32,000 nucleotides of DNA from Acaryochloris marina MBIC11017 (GTDB lineage: Bacteria; Cyanobacteriota; Cyanobacteriia; Thermosynechococcales; Thermosynechococcaceae). The notes below the pieces were generated by a model. That model searched no databases. It had not been told where the DNA came from and saw only the letters and a program-made list of their open reading frames with translations. The stretch spans positions 4,380,001 to 4,412,000 of the forward strand of contig NC_009925.1 in the NCBI RefSeq assembly GCF_000018105.1. Reading direction: 5' to 3'. The stretch's first letter is position 1; each line of letters opens with the position of its first letter. A program made the position numbers and the translations under genes. Of this stretch, positions 18,773-26,188 are shown one piece after another.

Positions 18773-19777
18773 GTGATTAGAGTAGCGATCAACGGGTTCG
18801 GGAGAATTGGACGAAATTTTATGCGTTGTTGGCTTTTACGGCCGAACAGCAACATCGAGATTGTCGGATTAAATGATACTTCTGACCCCAAAACAAATGC
18901 CCACCTGTTGACCTATGACTCCATGCTGGGTCGTTTAGATGCAGACATTAAAGCAGTCGATAACACGATTGTCGCGAATGGCCATGTCATTAAATGTGTC
19001 TCTGATCGGAACCCTGCTAACCTGCCTTGGAAAGATTGGGACATCGATCTAGTGATCGAATCTACAGGCGTGTTTGTCACCAAAGAAGGAGCGAGCAAGC
19101 ATATTGAAGCTGGCGCCAAAAAAGTATTAATCACAGCCCCTGGTAAGGGTGGTGTGGGTATGTATGTGGTTGGGGTAAACCATGAGGATTATGATCCCAG
19201 CGAGCCCATTCTCAGTAATGCCAGTTGTACAACCAACTGTTTGGCCCCTGTGGTTAAAATCTTGCATGAGCAGTTTGGAATTGTTCATGGCTTGATGACC
19301 ACCACTCACAGCTACACTGGCGACCAGCGCATTCTAGATGCCAGCCACCGAGATTTGCGACGGGCTCGTGCTGCTGCAGTTAACATTGTGCCAACTTCCA
19401 CTGGTGCTGCCAAAGCAGTGGGTACTGTGATTCCTGCACTGCAAGGGAAGCTCAACGGTATTGCCTTGCGGGTGCCAACCCCTAACGTGTCAGTTTGTGA
19501 CTTTGTTGCCCAAACTGAGAAGCCAGCGATTGCTGAGTCTGTTAATGAAGTTCTTAAGCAAGCGTCTGAAAGCTCAATGAAAGGAATCATTGCTTTCAAC
19601 GAAGAGCCTTTGGTCTCAGGTGACTTCAAGGGACATGATTGTTCTTCTATTGTTGATGGTTCCCTTACCATGGGCATGGGCGGCAACATGATCAAGGTTG
19701 TAGCTTGGTATGACAATGAGTGGGGTTATAGTCAGCGCGTGCTTGACCTAGCTGAGTATGTTGCTCAGAAGTGGTAA
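18773..19777 (+). CDS. gap2: Glyceraldehyde-3-phosphate dehydrogenase, Calvin-cycle Gap2 (GapA/B-like) type
   Basis: [15 protein letters not shown], active site [25 protein letters not shown] and [12 protein letters not shown] start with AAGGA 9 nt upstream. Confidence 0.95.
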   Translation: MIRVAINGFGRIGRNFMRCWLLRPNSNIEIVGLNDTSDPKTNAHLLTYDSMLGRLDADIKAVDNTIVANGHVIKCVSDRNPANLPWKDWDIDLVIESTGVFVTKEGASKHIEAGAKKVLITAPGKGGVGMYVVGVNHEDYDPSEPILSNASCTTNCLAPVVKILHEQFGIVHGLMTTTHSYTGDQRILDASHRDLRRARAAAVNIVPTSTGAAKAVGTVIPALQGKLNGIALRVPTPNVSVCDFVAQTEKPAIAESVNEVLKQASESSMKGIIAFNEEPLVSGDFKGHDCSSIVDGSLTMGMGGNMIKVVAWYDNEWGYSQRVLDLAEYVAQKW

Positions 19778-19823
19778 ATCTCACGCTCTGGGTTCTTGAT
19801 GCCAGAGTACAATGATTCAAATA

Positions 19824-19855
19824 AAACCCCTCATCTGGAAATAGGTGAGGGGTTT
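19824..19855. terminator. Bidirectional intrinsic terminator shared by the convergent gap2 and radical SAM genes
   Basis: 10-bp stem AAACCCCTCA / TGAGGGGTTT with a 12-nt loop. It is followed by TTTCT on the plus strand and by TTTTATTT on the minus strand. Confidence 0.6.
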
Positions 19856-19914
19856 CTATGTGTAGCAAGATCTATCTGTTGAACTGTGCGTCAAACATCC
19901 TTCTGAAAGGATGC

Positions 19915-21504
19915 TTATGAGCCCATTCGGCTAGCTGTTGCCAGTGATCGCTTTTTGGGTTCAATGGTGGCTGTCAAAGCTTCATTCAAGGGAGCGCGAC
20001 CAAAACGCTGTTCCAAAATATTCATCACCTCTCGCCCAAAATCATTGGGACTTTGCTTCCAAGCTTGGAGACATACTTCTCCAAATACCGAACCCATGGG
20101 CTCAGGATTCCAAAGCAATTTCTTGGCCGTCCAAGGCATGAGACTCATGGGGTTATAGCCAGGCTTCAAAATATTGTTGTCAAAGGCATATTCTTCGAGA
20201 TGGGTATGGGGTTGTAGGCCAATAAAAAAAATGGCTGGTTCGACCTTATCTGCTCCAAAGATCTTTTCTAGTTCTCGATGATAGGCAATTGTCTGGCGAA
20301 TCGTTTCTGGACGCTCATCGATGACATTGAAAGAATAATTGACAGAGACTAAATCATTGAAGCCAGCCGTTTTTAGATCTCGGCAGTTTTGCAGCACGGT
20401 TCGTAAGTTATATCCCATCCGCATTTTGCGAACCAGTTCTTGAGAGCCACTGGTGATCCCAATCTCAAAATAATTCATCCCTGTTTTGACCATCAGATCA
20501 CAGAGTTCAGGGGTGAGATTGTCAGCGCGAATATAGGCAGCCCAATGAATGTCGGTCAAACCAGCATCGATGATTTTTTGTAGTAACTCAATCGCGTCAG
20601 GAATATATCGTCGTGCTGGGATGAATTGAGCGTCGGTAAACCAGAAGTTACGAATGCCGCGATTGTACAGCTGCTGCATTTCAGCAACGACTTCTTCAGC
20701 GGGATTGACTCGGACGCGCTTACCTTCAATGACGGTGTAGACGCAATAGCAACAGTTGTGAGGGCATCCTCGCTTGGTTTGAACACCCATGTAGAAGTCT
20801 TGAGACTCAAAATAATATTCAAAATCAGGCCAAATACTCGCAATGTATGGATAATCGCAGGCCGTTTTGTCGATCTCGGTGGGCCATTCATGGATCATGC
20901 GATCTCGGGGAGCTTTCTCGCCTACTACATAGCATCGTTCATCTCGAAATTCTTGCCCTGTCAACAGTTTCTCTAATAGGACCTCTCCCTCGCCCACAGA
21001 GACAATGCTCCCTTTCGGCAGCTGAGTTCCTAACTGTTCATAAAAAACGCTGACTGCACCACCTCCAACTACCGTCTGAGCTTCAGAATGATATCGCTGG
21101 GCTCGCTTGAGTCCTCGCTTGATTAGCCCTGAATTTCTCCATAACTCTGCGTAGTAGGCAATAAACACCCTTAATCCACCAAAAGCACCTTTGAGCTTTG
21201 TCCAAGGGTTTTTACCGTAGTACAGCTCAAAGGCATGTTGTAGGGGATTGCCACCTCTACCACCTACAGGAGCGTAAATTTGGATGTCTCGCCAGGAAAA
21301 AACAAGGAGATCAGGCTGGAAGTCATCTATACAGCGATCCAATGCTGGCTTGAAGTCCAGGGGAGGGACGGTGCCTAAATCAAAGATACGTTGCTCGACA
21401 TGAGGTAGACATTTGTGAATATGATCGGCGAGGTAAACGACCCCAATGGGAAAAATGGGATTACAAGGTAGACGAATGTATAGGATTCGAGGATTGTTCA
21501 TCAC
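19915..21504 (-). CDS. B12-binding-domain-type radical SAM protein, substrate unknown
   Basis: CxxxCxxC cluster motif RGCPHNCCYCVY (nt 20743-20766). The N-terminal ILYIRLPCNPIFPIGVVYLADHI...RIFDLG resembles the Rossmann-like N-domain of class-B radical SAM enzymes. 529 aa. Confidence 0.85.
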   Translation of the reverse strand: MMNNPRILYIRLPCNPIFPIGVVYLADHIHKCLPHVEQRIFDLGTVPPLDFKPALDRCIDDFQPDLLVFSWRDIQIYAPVGGRGGNPLQHAFELYYGKNPWTKLKGAFGGLRVFIAYYAELWRNSGLIKRGLKRAQRYHSEAQTVVGGGAVSVFYEQLGTQLPKGSIVSVGEGEVLLEKLLTGQEFRDERCYVVGEKAPRDRMIHEWPTEIDKTACDYPYIASIWPDFEYYFESQDFYMGVQTKRGCPHNCCYCVYTVIEGKRVRVNPAEEVVAEMQQLYNRGIRNFWFTDAQFIPARRYIPDAIELLQKIIDAGLTDIHWAAYIRADNLTPELCDLMVKTGMNYFEIGITSGSQELVRKMRMGYNLRTVLQNCRDLKTAGFNDLVSVNYSFNVIDERPETIRQTIAYHRELEKIFGADKVEPAIFFIGLQPHTHLEEYAFDNNILKPGYNPMSLMPWTAKKLLWNPEPMGSVFGEVCLQAWKQSPNDFGREVMNILEQRFGRAPLNEALTATIEPKKRSLATASRMGS

Positions 21505-21737
21505 GCCTTGAGAGAACGTTAAGGTATAAGGTGATTAACACCTAGGTTATATATCTTAATCATAGTACTGAGTTGCCCTAGAGTGTTTGTCTAGACCGAT
21601 GCCTTTGCACTGACTCACCCACCGATCCCAAGATTCTTCGTTAAGATAGTTTCGATATGATCCCAACTTAACTAACAAGCATCAATTCTAAAGAAAAAGT
21701 GAAGATCATAGCTTTTTCTAAGTAGTAAATCAATTAA

Positions 21738-21751
21738 GTAACGATATTTAC
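21738..21751. promoter_or_regulatory. NtcA-type box GTA-N8-TAC with a correctly spaced -10-like TAN3T, upstream of the DUF1830 gene
   Basis: GTAacgatattTAC at 21738-21751. TAGCTT at 21775-21780 lies 23 nt downstream, which matches class-II NtcA promoter geometry. ATG at 21841. One such hexamer pair is expected by chance in the intergenic DNA of this window. Confidence 0.3.
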
Positions 21752-21840
21752 AGCGGTTTGGGATCGATGAATGTTAGCTTAAGTTTGCGTTAAATACCCA
21801 TTAAAAAGACCCATAAAATTACCCTTTTCCGTGAGTTGCC

Positions 21841-22200
21841 ATGCCACAAGTCATCGATCCCGTCCCTCCAAACGATTCAGATCTCATTGTCTGCTGTTAC
21901 GTTAATTCAACGAATAAGATCCAAGTTGCTCGGATTACGAATATCCCTAACTGGTATTTTGAACGTGTTGTGTTTCCTGGCCAGCGGTTAATGTTTGAGT
22001 CTGTGCCTGAGGCTCACCTGGAGATTCACACTGGGATGATGGCAAGTGCAATCTTGTCAGATACCATTCCTTGTTATCGTCTTCGCTTACACCAAAGTGT
22101 GAGTGCGTCCAAGCAGTTTTTGCAAGGTGAAAATGAAGCGGCTGGAACCTCGGAACCTTCTAGCATGCGTAGCGTTCCTGAAGCAGCTAAGGTGTCCTAA
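21841..22200 (+). CDS. DUF1830-family protein (cyanobacteria-restricted, function unknown)
   Basis: The N-terminal roughly 85 aa (IVCCYVNSTNKIQVARITNIPNWYFERVVFPGQRLMFES...) match my recollection of the DUF1830 signature. The C-terminal tail is low complexity. Confidence 0.75.
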   Translation: MPQVIDPVPPNDSDLIVCCYVNSTNKIQVARITNIPNWYFERVVFPGQRLMFESVPEAHLEIHTGMMASAILSDTIPCYRLRLHQSVSASKQFLQGENEAAGTSEPSSMRSVPEAAKVS

Positions 22201-22255
22201 CTTTATTTCAGTTTAATCCAGTGCCTACAGCGCTATTCAATTGCATAATCCTAAG

Positions 22256-22284
22256 GAAAGGGGTGAGTTGAGCTCACCCCTTTC
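22256..22284 (+). terminator. Intrinsic-terminator-like hairpin after the DUF1830 gene
   Basis: 12-bp GC-rich stem GAAAGGGGTGAG / CTCACCCCTTTC with the 5-nt loop TTGAG. The downstream T-tract is poor (TGCTGTCT). Confidence 0.55.
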
Positions 22285-22297
22285 TGCTGTCTATAAT
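22268..22297 (+). promoter_or_regulatory. Sigma70-type promoter candidate for the MscS-cNMP gene
   Basis: -35 TTGAGC (22268-22273, inside the terminator loop and 3' arm), an 18-nt spacer, then a perfect -10 TATAAT (22292-22297). Confidence 0.4.
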
Positions 22298-22323
22298 TTG
22301 TGCGGTCTAAATTATTGAGGCAA

Positions 22324-24051
22324 ATGACTCTATTCGCTGTTGATGTTCATTTCCTCAAGAACCTATTCATTGTTGTGGGGATCTTGGGAGGAGCTGCGAT
22401 CTCAGATTGGTTGATGGGGCGCTGGATGCAGGGGCGTTTGAGAACGGCTCCCAAAAAAGGTCGAGCGATTTACCCCCTTTTACGACGGTGTTTGCTGTTT
22501 GGGTTAAGACTCGGGATTTGGCTAGTCGCCTTTTACAATATCTTGACGCTCATCCCTGCCCTCCAACCTATTAGACAGTTGTTTATCACTGGTCTGGCGG
22601 CTTTTCCTGACAAGTTTTGGGGAGCGTTGAATACCCCTTTTACGGATGTCGGAGAACGGAAGAATCCGATCTCCTTGTTGACGCTCATCATCTTTGTCTC
22701 AATCACTGTTTTGGTTTTTGTGGGCGCTCGGTTATGTGGTCAGTGGCTTAAGAAGAGCATTCTGCCCCAGACTCGTATGGAGCGGGGAGCTCAAGCCGCC
22801 ATCTCTACTATCATCAGCTATACCTTTGGTCTGATTGGCTTCATCATTCTTCTCCAATCGGTAGGGATAGATCTGAGCTCATTGGCTGTTATTGCTGGTG
22901 TTTTGGGTTTGGGTTTAGGTTTTGGTTTGCAAGAGCTAGCCAGTAACTTCGTGAGTGGTTTGACCCTATTACTGGAACAGCAAATCCGGGTCGGAGATTT
23001 TGTAGAAGTAGATGGTTTGTTAGGGACTATTGAGCGAATTTCTATTCGTTCGACGATTGTTCGGACTCAAGATCGGCTGTTTGTTGTAGTGCCTAATCAA
23101 CGGTTTTTTGCTAAAAACGTCATCAATTGGACTTACCAAACGCCAGAAAGTCGCTTGCATATTCCTGTGAGTGTTGCCTATGGTACCGATACGGTTTTAG
23201 TGACAGAAGCCTTATTGATTGCAGCGCGGTCAGAATCGCGAGTTTTAAAGTACCCTCCTCCGCAGGTATGGTTCAAATCTTTTGGGGATGATGCTTATAA
23301 ATTTGAATTATTGGCATGGATAAACCAGCCTTGTGATTTTGAACCTATCAAGAGTTCACTCAATTTTTTGATTGAACAAGAGTTAAATCGTAAGAACATC
23401 CAAATCCCTTTTCCCCAACGAGAGCTGTGGTTAAAGAATCCTGAAGCGTTAGCCCAGGCTTTACAACCTCAACCAGAGGCTGCTGCTCCACTGCCAACGG
23501 TTGCTAGCGGGGAGGGGCTCAAACTCAAAACGGGCATTAAAGTCACGAAGAACAGCACCTTACGGGTCTTGTTGCGTAAGGTCAGCTATTTTGAAAACTG
23601 TACGAATGCTCAATTGAGAGTATTAATTGAACAAGGATATCGACAGTTTTATGCTCCTGAACAAGTGATTTTTCGGGAAAATGAATCAGGTGAGTCCTTT
23701 TACGTTATCCTTTCAGGCCAAGTAGAAGTCTATTCTCAAAAACTCAATCGCCAAATCGCCATCTTAGGTGTTGGCGACTTTTTTGGTGAGATTTCTTTAT
23801 TAACCGGGGCACCACGAACGGCAACCATGCGGGTTCTTGAAGCGACAACCTTATTTGTAGTCGATCGACAAGCGTTACAAAAATTACTCCAGAATTACAA
23901 AGCTCTAGCCGAAGAGATTGCAAAGTCTCTCTCTCAGAGGCAACAAGTGCTTGAAGAATTGGGCCTGACGCAGATTAATCCATCAGAATCGGCGGGGGAC
24001 GATCCCTTTATCTGGATCCGTCGTCGTATTCAGACCTTGTTTGGGATATAA
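22324..24051 (+). CDS. MscS-family mechanosensitive channel fused to a C-terminal cyclic-nucleotide-binding domain (bCNG type)
   Basis: MscS pore helix GVLGLGLGFGLQELASNFVSG followed by a beta domain (VGDFVEVDGLLGTIERISIRSTIVRT). cNMP domain at about nt 23560-23890 with FFGEISLLTGAPRTATMRV. The ORF opens at GTG 22300, but a TATAAT at 22292-22297 argues for ATG 22324. Confidence 0.85.
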   Translation: MTLFAVDVHFLKNLFIVVGILGGAAISDWLMGRWMQGRLRTAPKKGRAIYPLLRRCLLFGLRLGIWLVAFYNILTLIPALQPIRQLFITGLAAFPDKFWGALNTPFTDVGERKNPISLLTLIIFVSITVLVFVGARLCGQWLKKSILPQTRMERGAQAAISTIISYTFGLIGFIILLQSVGIDLSSLAVIAGVLGLGLGFGLQELASNFVSGLTLLLEQQIRVGDFVEVDGLLGTIERISIRSTIVRTQDRLFVVVPNQRFFAKNVINWTYQTPESRLHIPVSVAYGTDTVLVTEALLIAARSESRVLKYPPPQVWFKSFGDDAYKFELLAWINQPCDFEPIKSSLNFLIEQELNRKNIQIPFPQRELWLKNPEALAQALQPQPEAAAPLPTVASGEGLKLKTGIKVTKNSTLRVLLRKVSYFENCTNAQLRVLIEQGYRQFYAPEQVIFRENESGESFYVILSGQVEVYSQKLNRQIAILGVGDFFGEISLLTGAPRTATMRVLEATTLFVVDRQALQKLLQNYKALAEEIAKSLSQRQQVLEELGLTQINPSESAGDDPFIWIRRRIQTLFGI

Positions 24052-24104
24052 AAAGACATCCAAAGGGAGGCATTATCTGTTGATTATTTGCTTGCCCGGC
24101 ATGA

Positions 24105-25181
24105 TTAGGTCTGAAGTAGGCATTGAGAGGCTTGTAAGTCTGTTATCGTTGCATTCCCGGTGCAAAAGAGTACCGTTTCTAACTCAGCAATGAGCATTTC
24201 CATAAGAGTGTGTAGAGCGGCTTCTGATTCATGGGCGGCTTGTAAGAATGGGTAAGCCATTCCTGCTACATCAGCTCCTAGCGCCAGAGCTTTGGCAGCA
24301 TCAAGGCCATTGCGTAGGCCACCAGAAGCAATTAATGGGATCTTAGAATTGGCTTGAAAAATGGACGCCACACATTCTGCAGTGGGCAAACCCCAATCTG
24401 AGAAGGTTTGGCCGAGTCGACGCTGACGGATATCTTCCGCCCGTTCCCCTTCGACTTTGGCCCAGGACGTGCCGCCTGCACCGGCTACATCAATGGCTGC
24501 GACACCAACGTCTACTAAGCGTATGGCTAAAGGAGCAGAAATACCATTGCCAACTTCTTTGACAATGACAGGAACAGGGAGCTGTTGGCAGAGTTTGCCA
24601 ATCTGCGTAAACAGATTACGGAAGTTGGTATCGCCGTGACTTTGAATGCATTCTTGTAGGGGATTGAGGTGCAAAATTAAGGCATCGGCTTCTAGTAAAT
24701 CAATGCTGCGGCGGCAGGCGTCTAGGTTATAGCCATAGTTAAGCTGGACTGCTCCTAAGTTGGCAAAGAGGGGAATGTCTGGTGCATGAGATCGCACAGC
24801 AAAGGTATCAGCAACCTGAGGATGTTCCACGGCCACTCGCTGTGACCCCACGCCCATGGCAATCTTGAACTCTTGAGCAACGATTGCTAACCGCTGATTA
24901 ATGGTTTTGGCTAGTTCAGTTCCCCCCGTCATGGATGAGATCAACAGCGGTGCCCCCAGAGACTTTCCTAAAAAAGTCGTCGATAACTGGATATCTTCCA
25001 GCGCTAACTCTGGTAAACAGCAGTGCTGGAAACGGTACTGTTCAAAACCAGTGGTGATTGATTTACACTGGACTTTGTCATCTAAACAGATGCGGAGATG
25101 GTCGGCCTTACGGGTTTTGATGGCCTCATCAGTGTTGGGGGAAGTAGAAGTCACTCGCATGGAAAAGAGATAAGACATCAA
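24105..25181 (-). CDS. fni: Type 2 (FMN-dependent) isopentenyl-diphosphate delta-isomerase
   Basis: [35 protein letters not shown] and [10 protein letters not shown] are IDI-2 signatures. Alternative start ATG 25160 (MRVTS...). Confidence 0.9.
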   Translation of the reverse strand: MMSYLFSMRVTSTSPNTDEAIKTRKADHLRICLDDKVQCKSITTGFEQYRFQHCCLPELALEDIQLSTTFLGKSLGAPLLISSMTGGTELAKTINQRLAIVAQEFKIAMGVGSQRVAVEHPQVADTFAVRSHAPDIPLFANLGAVQLNYGYNLDACRRSIDLLEADALILHLNPLQECIQSHGDTNFRNLFTQIGKLCQQLPVPVIVKEVGNGISAPLAIRLVDVGVAAIDVAGAGGTSWAKVEGERAEDIRQRRLGQTFSDWGLPTAECVASIFQANSKIPLIASGGLRNGLDAAKALALGADVAGMAYPFLQAAHESEAALHTLMEMLIAELETVLFCTGNATITDLQASQCLLQT

Positions 25182-25364
25182 CCGGGCAGAACCAATTGCT
25201 GGCTTTGTGACCGGAAGCTCTCTTAATTATGCAAAATTCTGTTGACTTGGCTGAGATTTCAAGCATTTGGGATTTAGTTCGCTGACCATTTGCTATTGCC
25301 CGCGTGTTGATCCAGGTTGTTTGGAATACAGTGATTGGACAGTAATATTTTGGGGCAGGACAAG

Positions 25365-26048
25365 CTATGGGGTATGGATGACCAGCATTTGATTCCCCCC
25401 TTTCTGTAGTTCATAACCAACAGTTTCAATGGAGGCGACATACCCCCAATCCTGACAAGCTTGAATAACGGGTTGGATGTATGGAGAGGGTTTCAGCATC
25501 AGCGTTAGCAGAGGAAAGATGCGTACTTCAGCGCTGATCCTCAGCAGTTCTCGAATTGCAGCTAGATGAAAAGCCACATCATACTGCTGGGAATATAAGA
25601 AGAGAAAATGGGAACACAATGCGAGCTCAAAGGTTTGATTAGGAAACGGCAGTGTGGGTAATGCTGCAGTTTGATACCGCTTTTGTTGTTTTCCCAGCTC
25701 ATAATCTTGCAGGAAGTTTTGCATGGCTTGAATGCGATTGTGACGGAGATCTTCGGGGGATGAATGATAGGACCAAACCCAATCTTGAGGCGTTGCTTTG
25801 ACCTGATTGATAATGTCATCCAGAACGGTTTCAAATCTCTGCTGAATGGCCGCACCACTCAATTCATAGATCGGATCGACAGAAATAATTTGGCTCCCCA
25901 GGGGAGTGGACTCAGCATTAAAACTTGCAGGACCGTCTCCCGCCCCTAGAATTGAACGGCCTAAATCAGCCGCCGTGAGATTAAACATTTTGATGTATTC
26001 ATTCCGTGAGCGCCCAAAGGGGACCACAGAATTTAGCTGTATTGCCAT
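25365..26048 (-). CDS. Class I SAM-dependent methyltransferase (small-molecule/protein type), substrate unknown
   Basis: Glycine-rich motif-I-like ILGAGDGPASFNAE followed by an acidic ISVDP. 227 aa. No DNA-methyltransferase (D/N)PPY or PC motifs. Confidence 0.6.
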   Translation of the reverse strand: MAIQLNSVVPFGRSRNEYIKMFNLTAADLGRSILGAGDGPASFNAESTPLGSQIISVDPIYELSGAAIQQRFETVLDDIINQVKATPQDWVWSYHSSPEDLRHNRIQAMQNFLQDYELGKQQKRYQTAALPTLPFPNQTFELALCSHFLFLYSQQYDVAFHLAAIRELLRISAEVRIFPLLTLMLKPSPYIQPVIQACQDWGYVASIETVGYELQKGGNQMLVIHTP

Positions 26049-26188
26049 AGAAATTAACTGACTTACAGATGTTGAAGAGGAATAGTATGGCTTCTATGCT
26101 TCAATGTATTACAAAGAAGTATAAGAAGAAAAACGATCCTCATTTATGCTGTCTGTAGAAGCAGCATTTGATTCAGCATAGGTGGAGT

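Noticed and set aside
21738-21756. HLR1 (RpaB) high-light regulatory element near TTTACA
   Set aside because: Only one (G/T)TTACA half-site is present. The second 8-bp direct repeat at the required 2-nt spacing is absent. The NtcA-type reading of the same bases fits better.
22900-22930. Tandem-looking TTGGGTTTGGGTTTAGGTTTTGGTTTG
   Set aside because: It encodes the GLGLGFGL glycine-rich pore helix of MscS, so the repetition is codon-level and not a repeat element.
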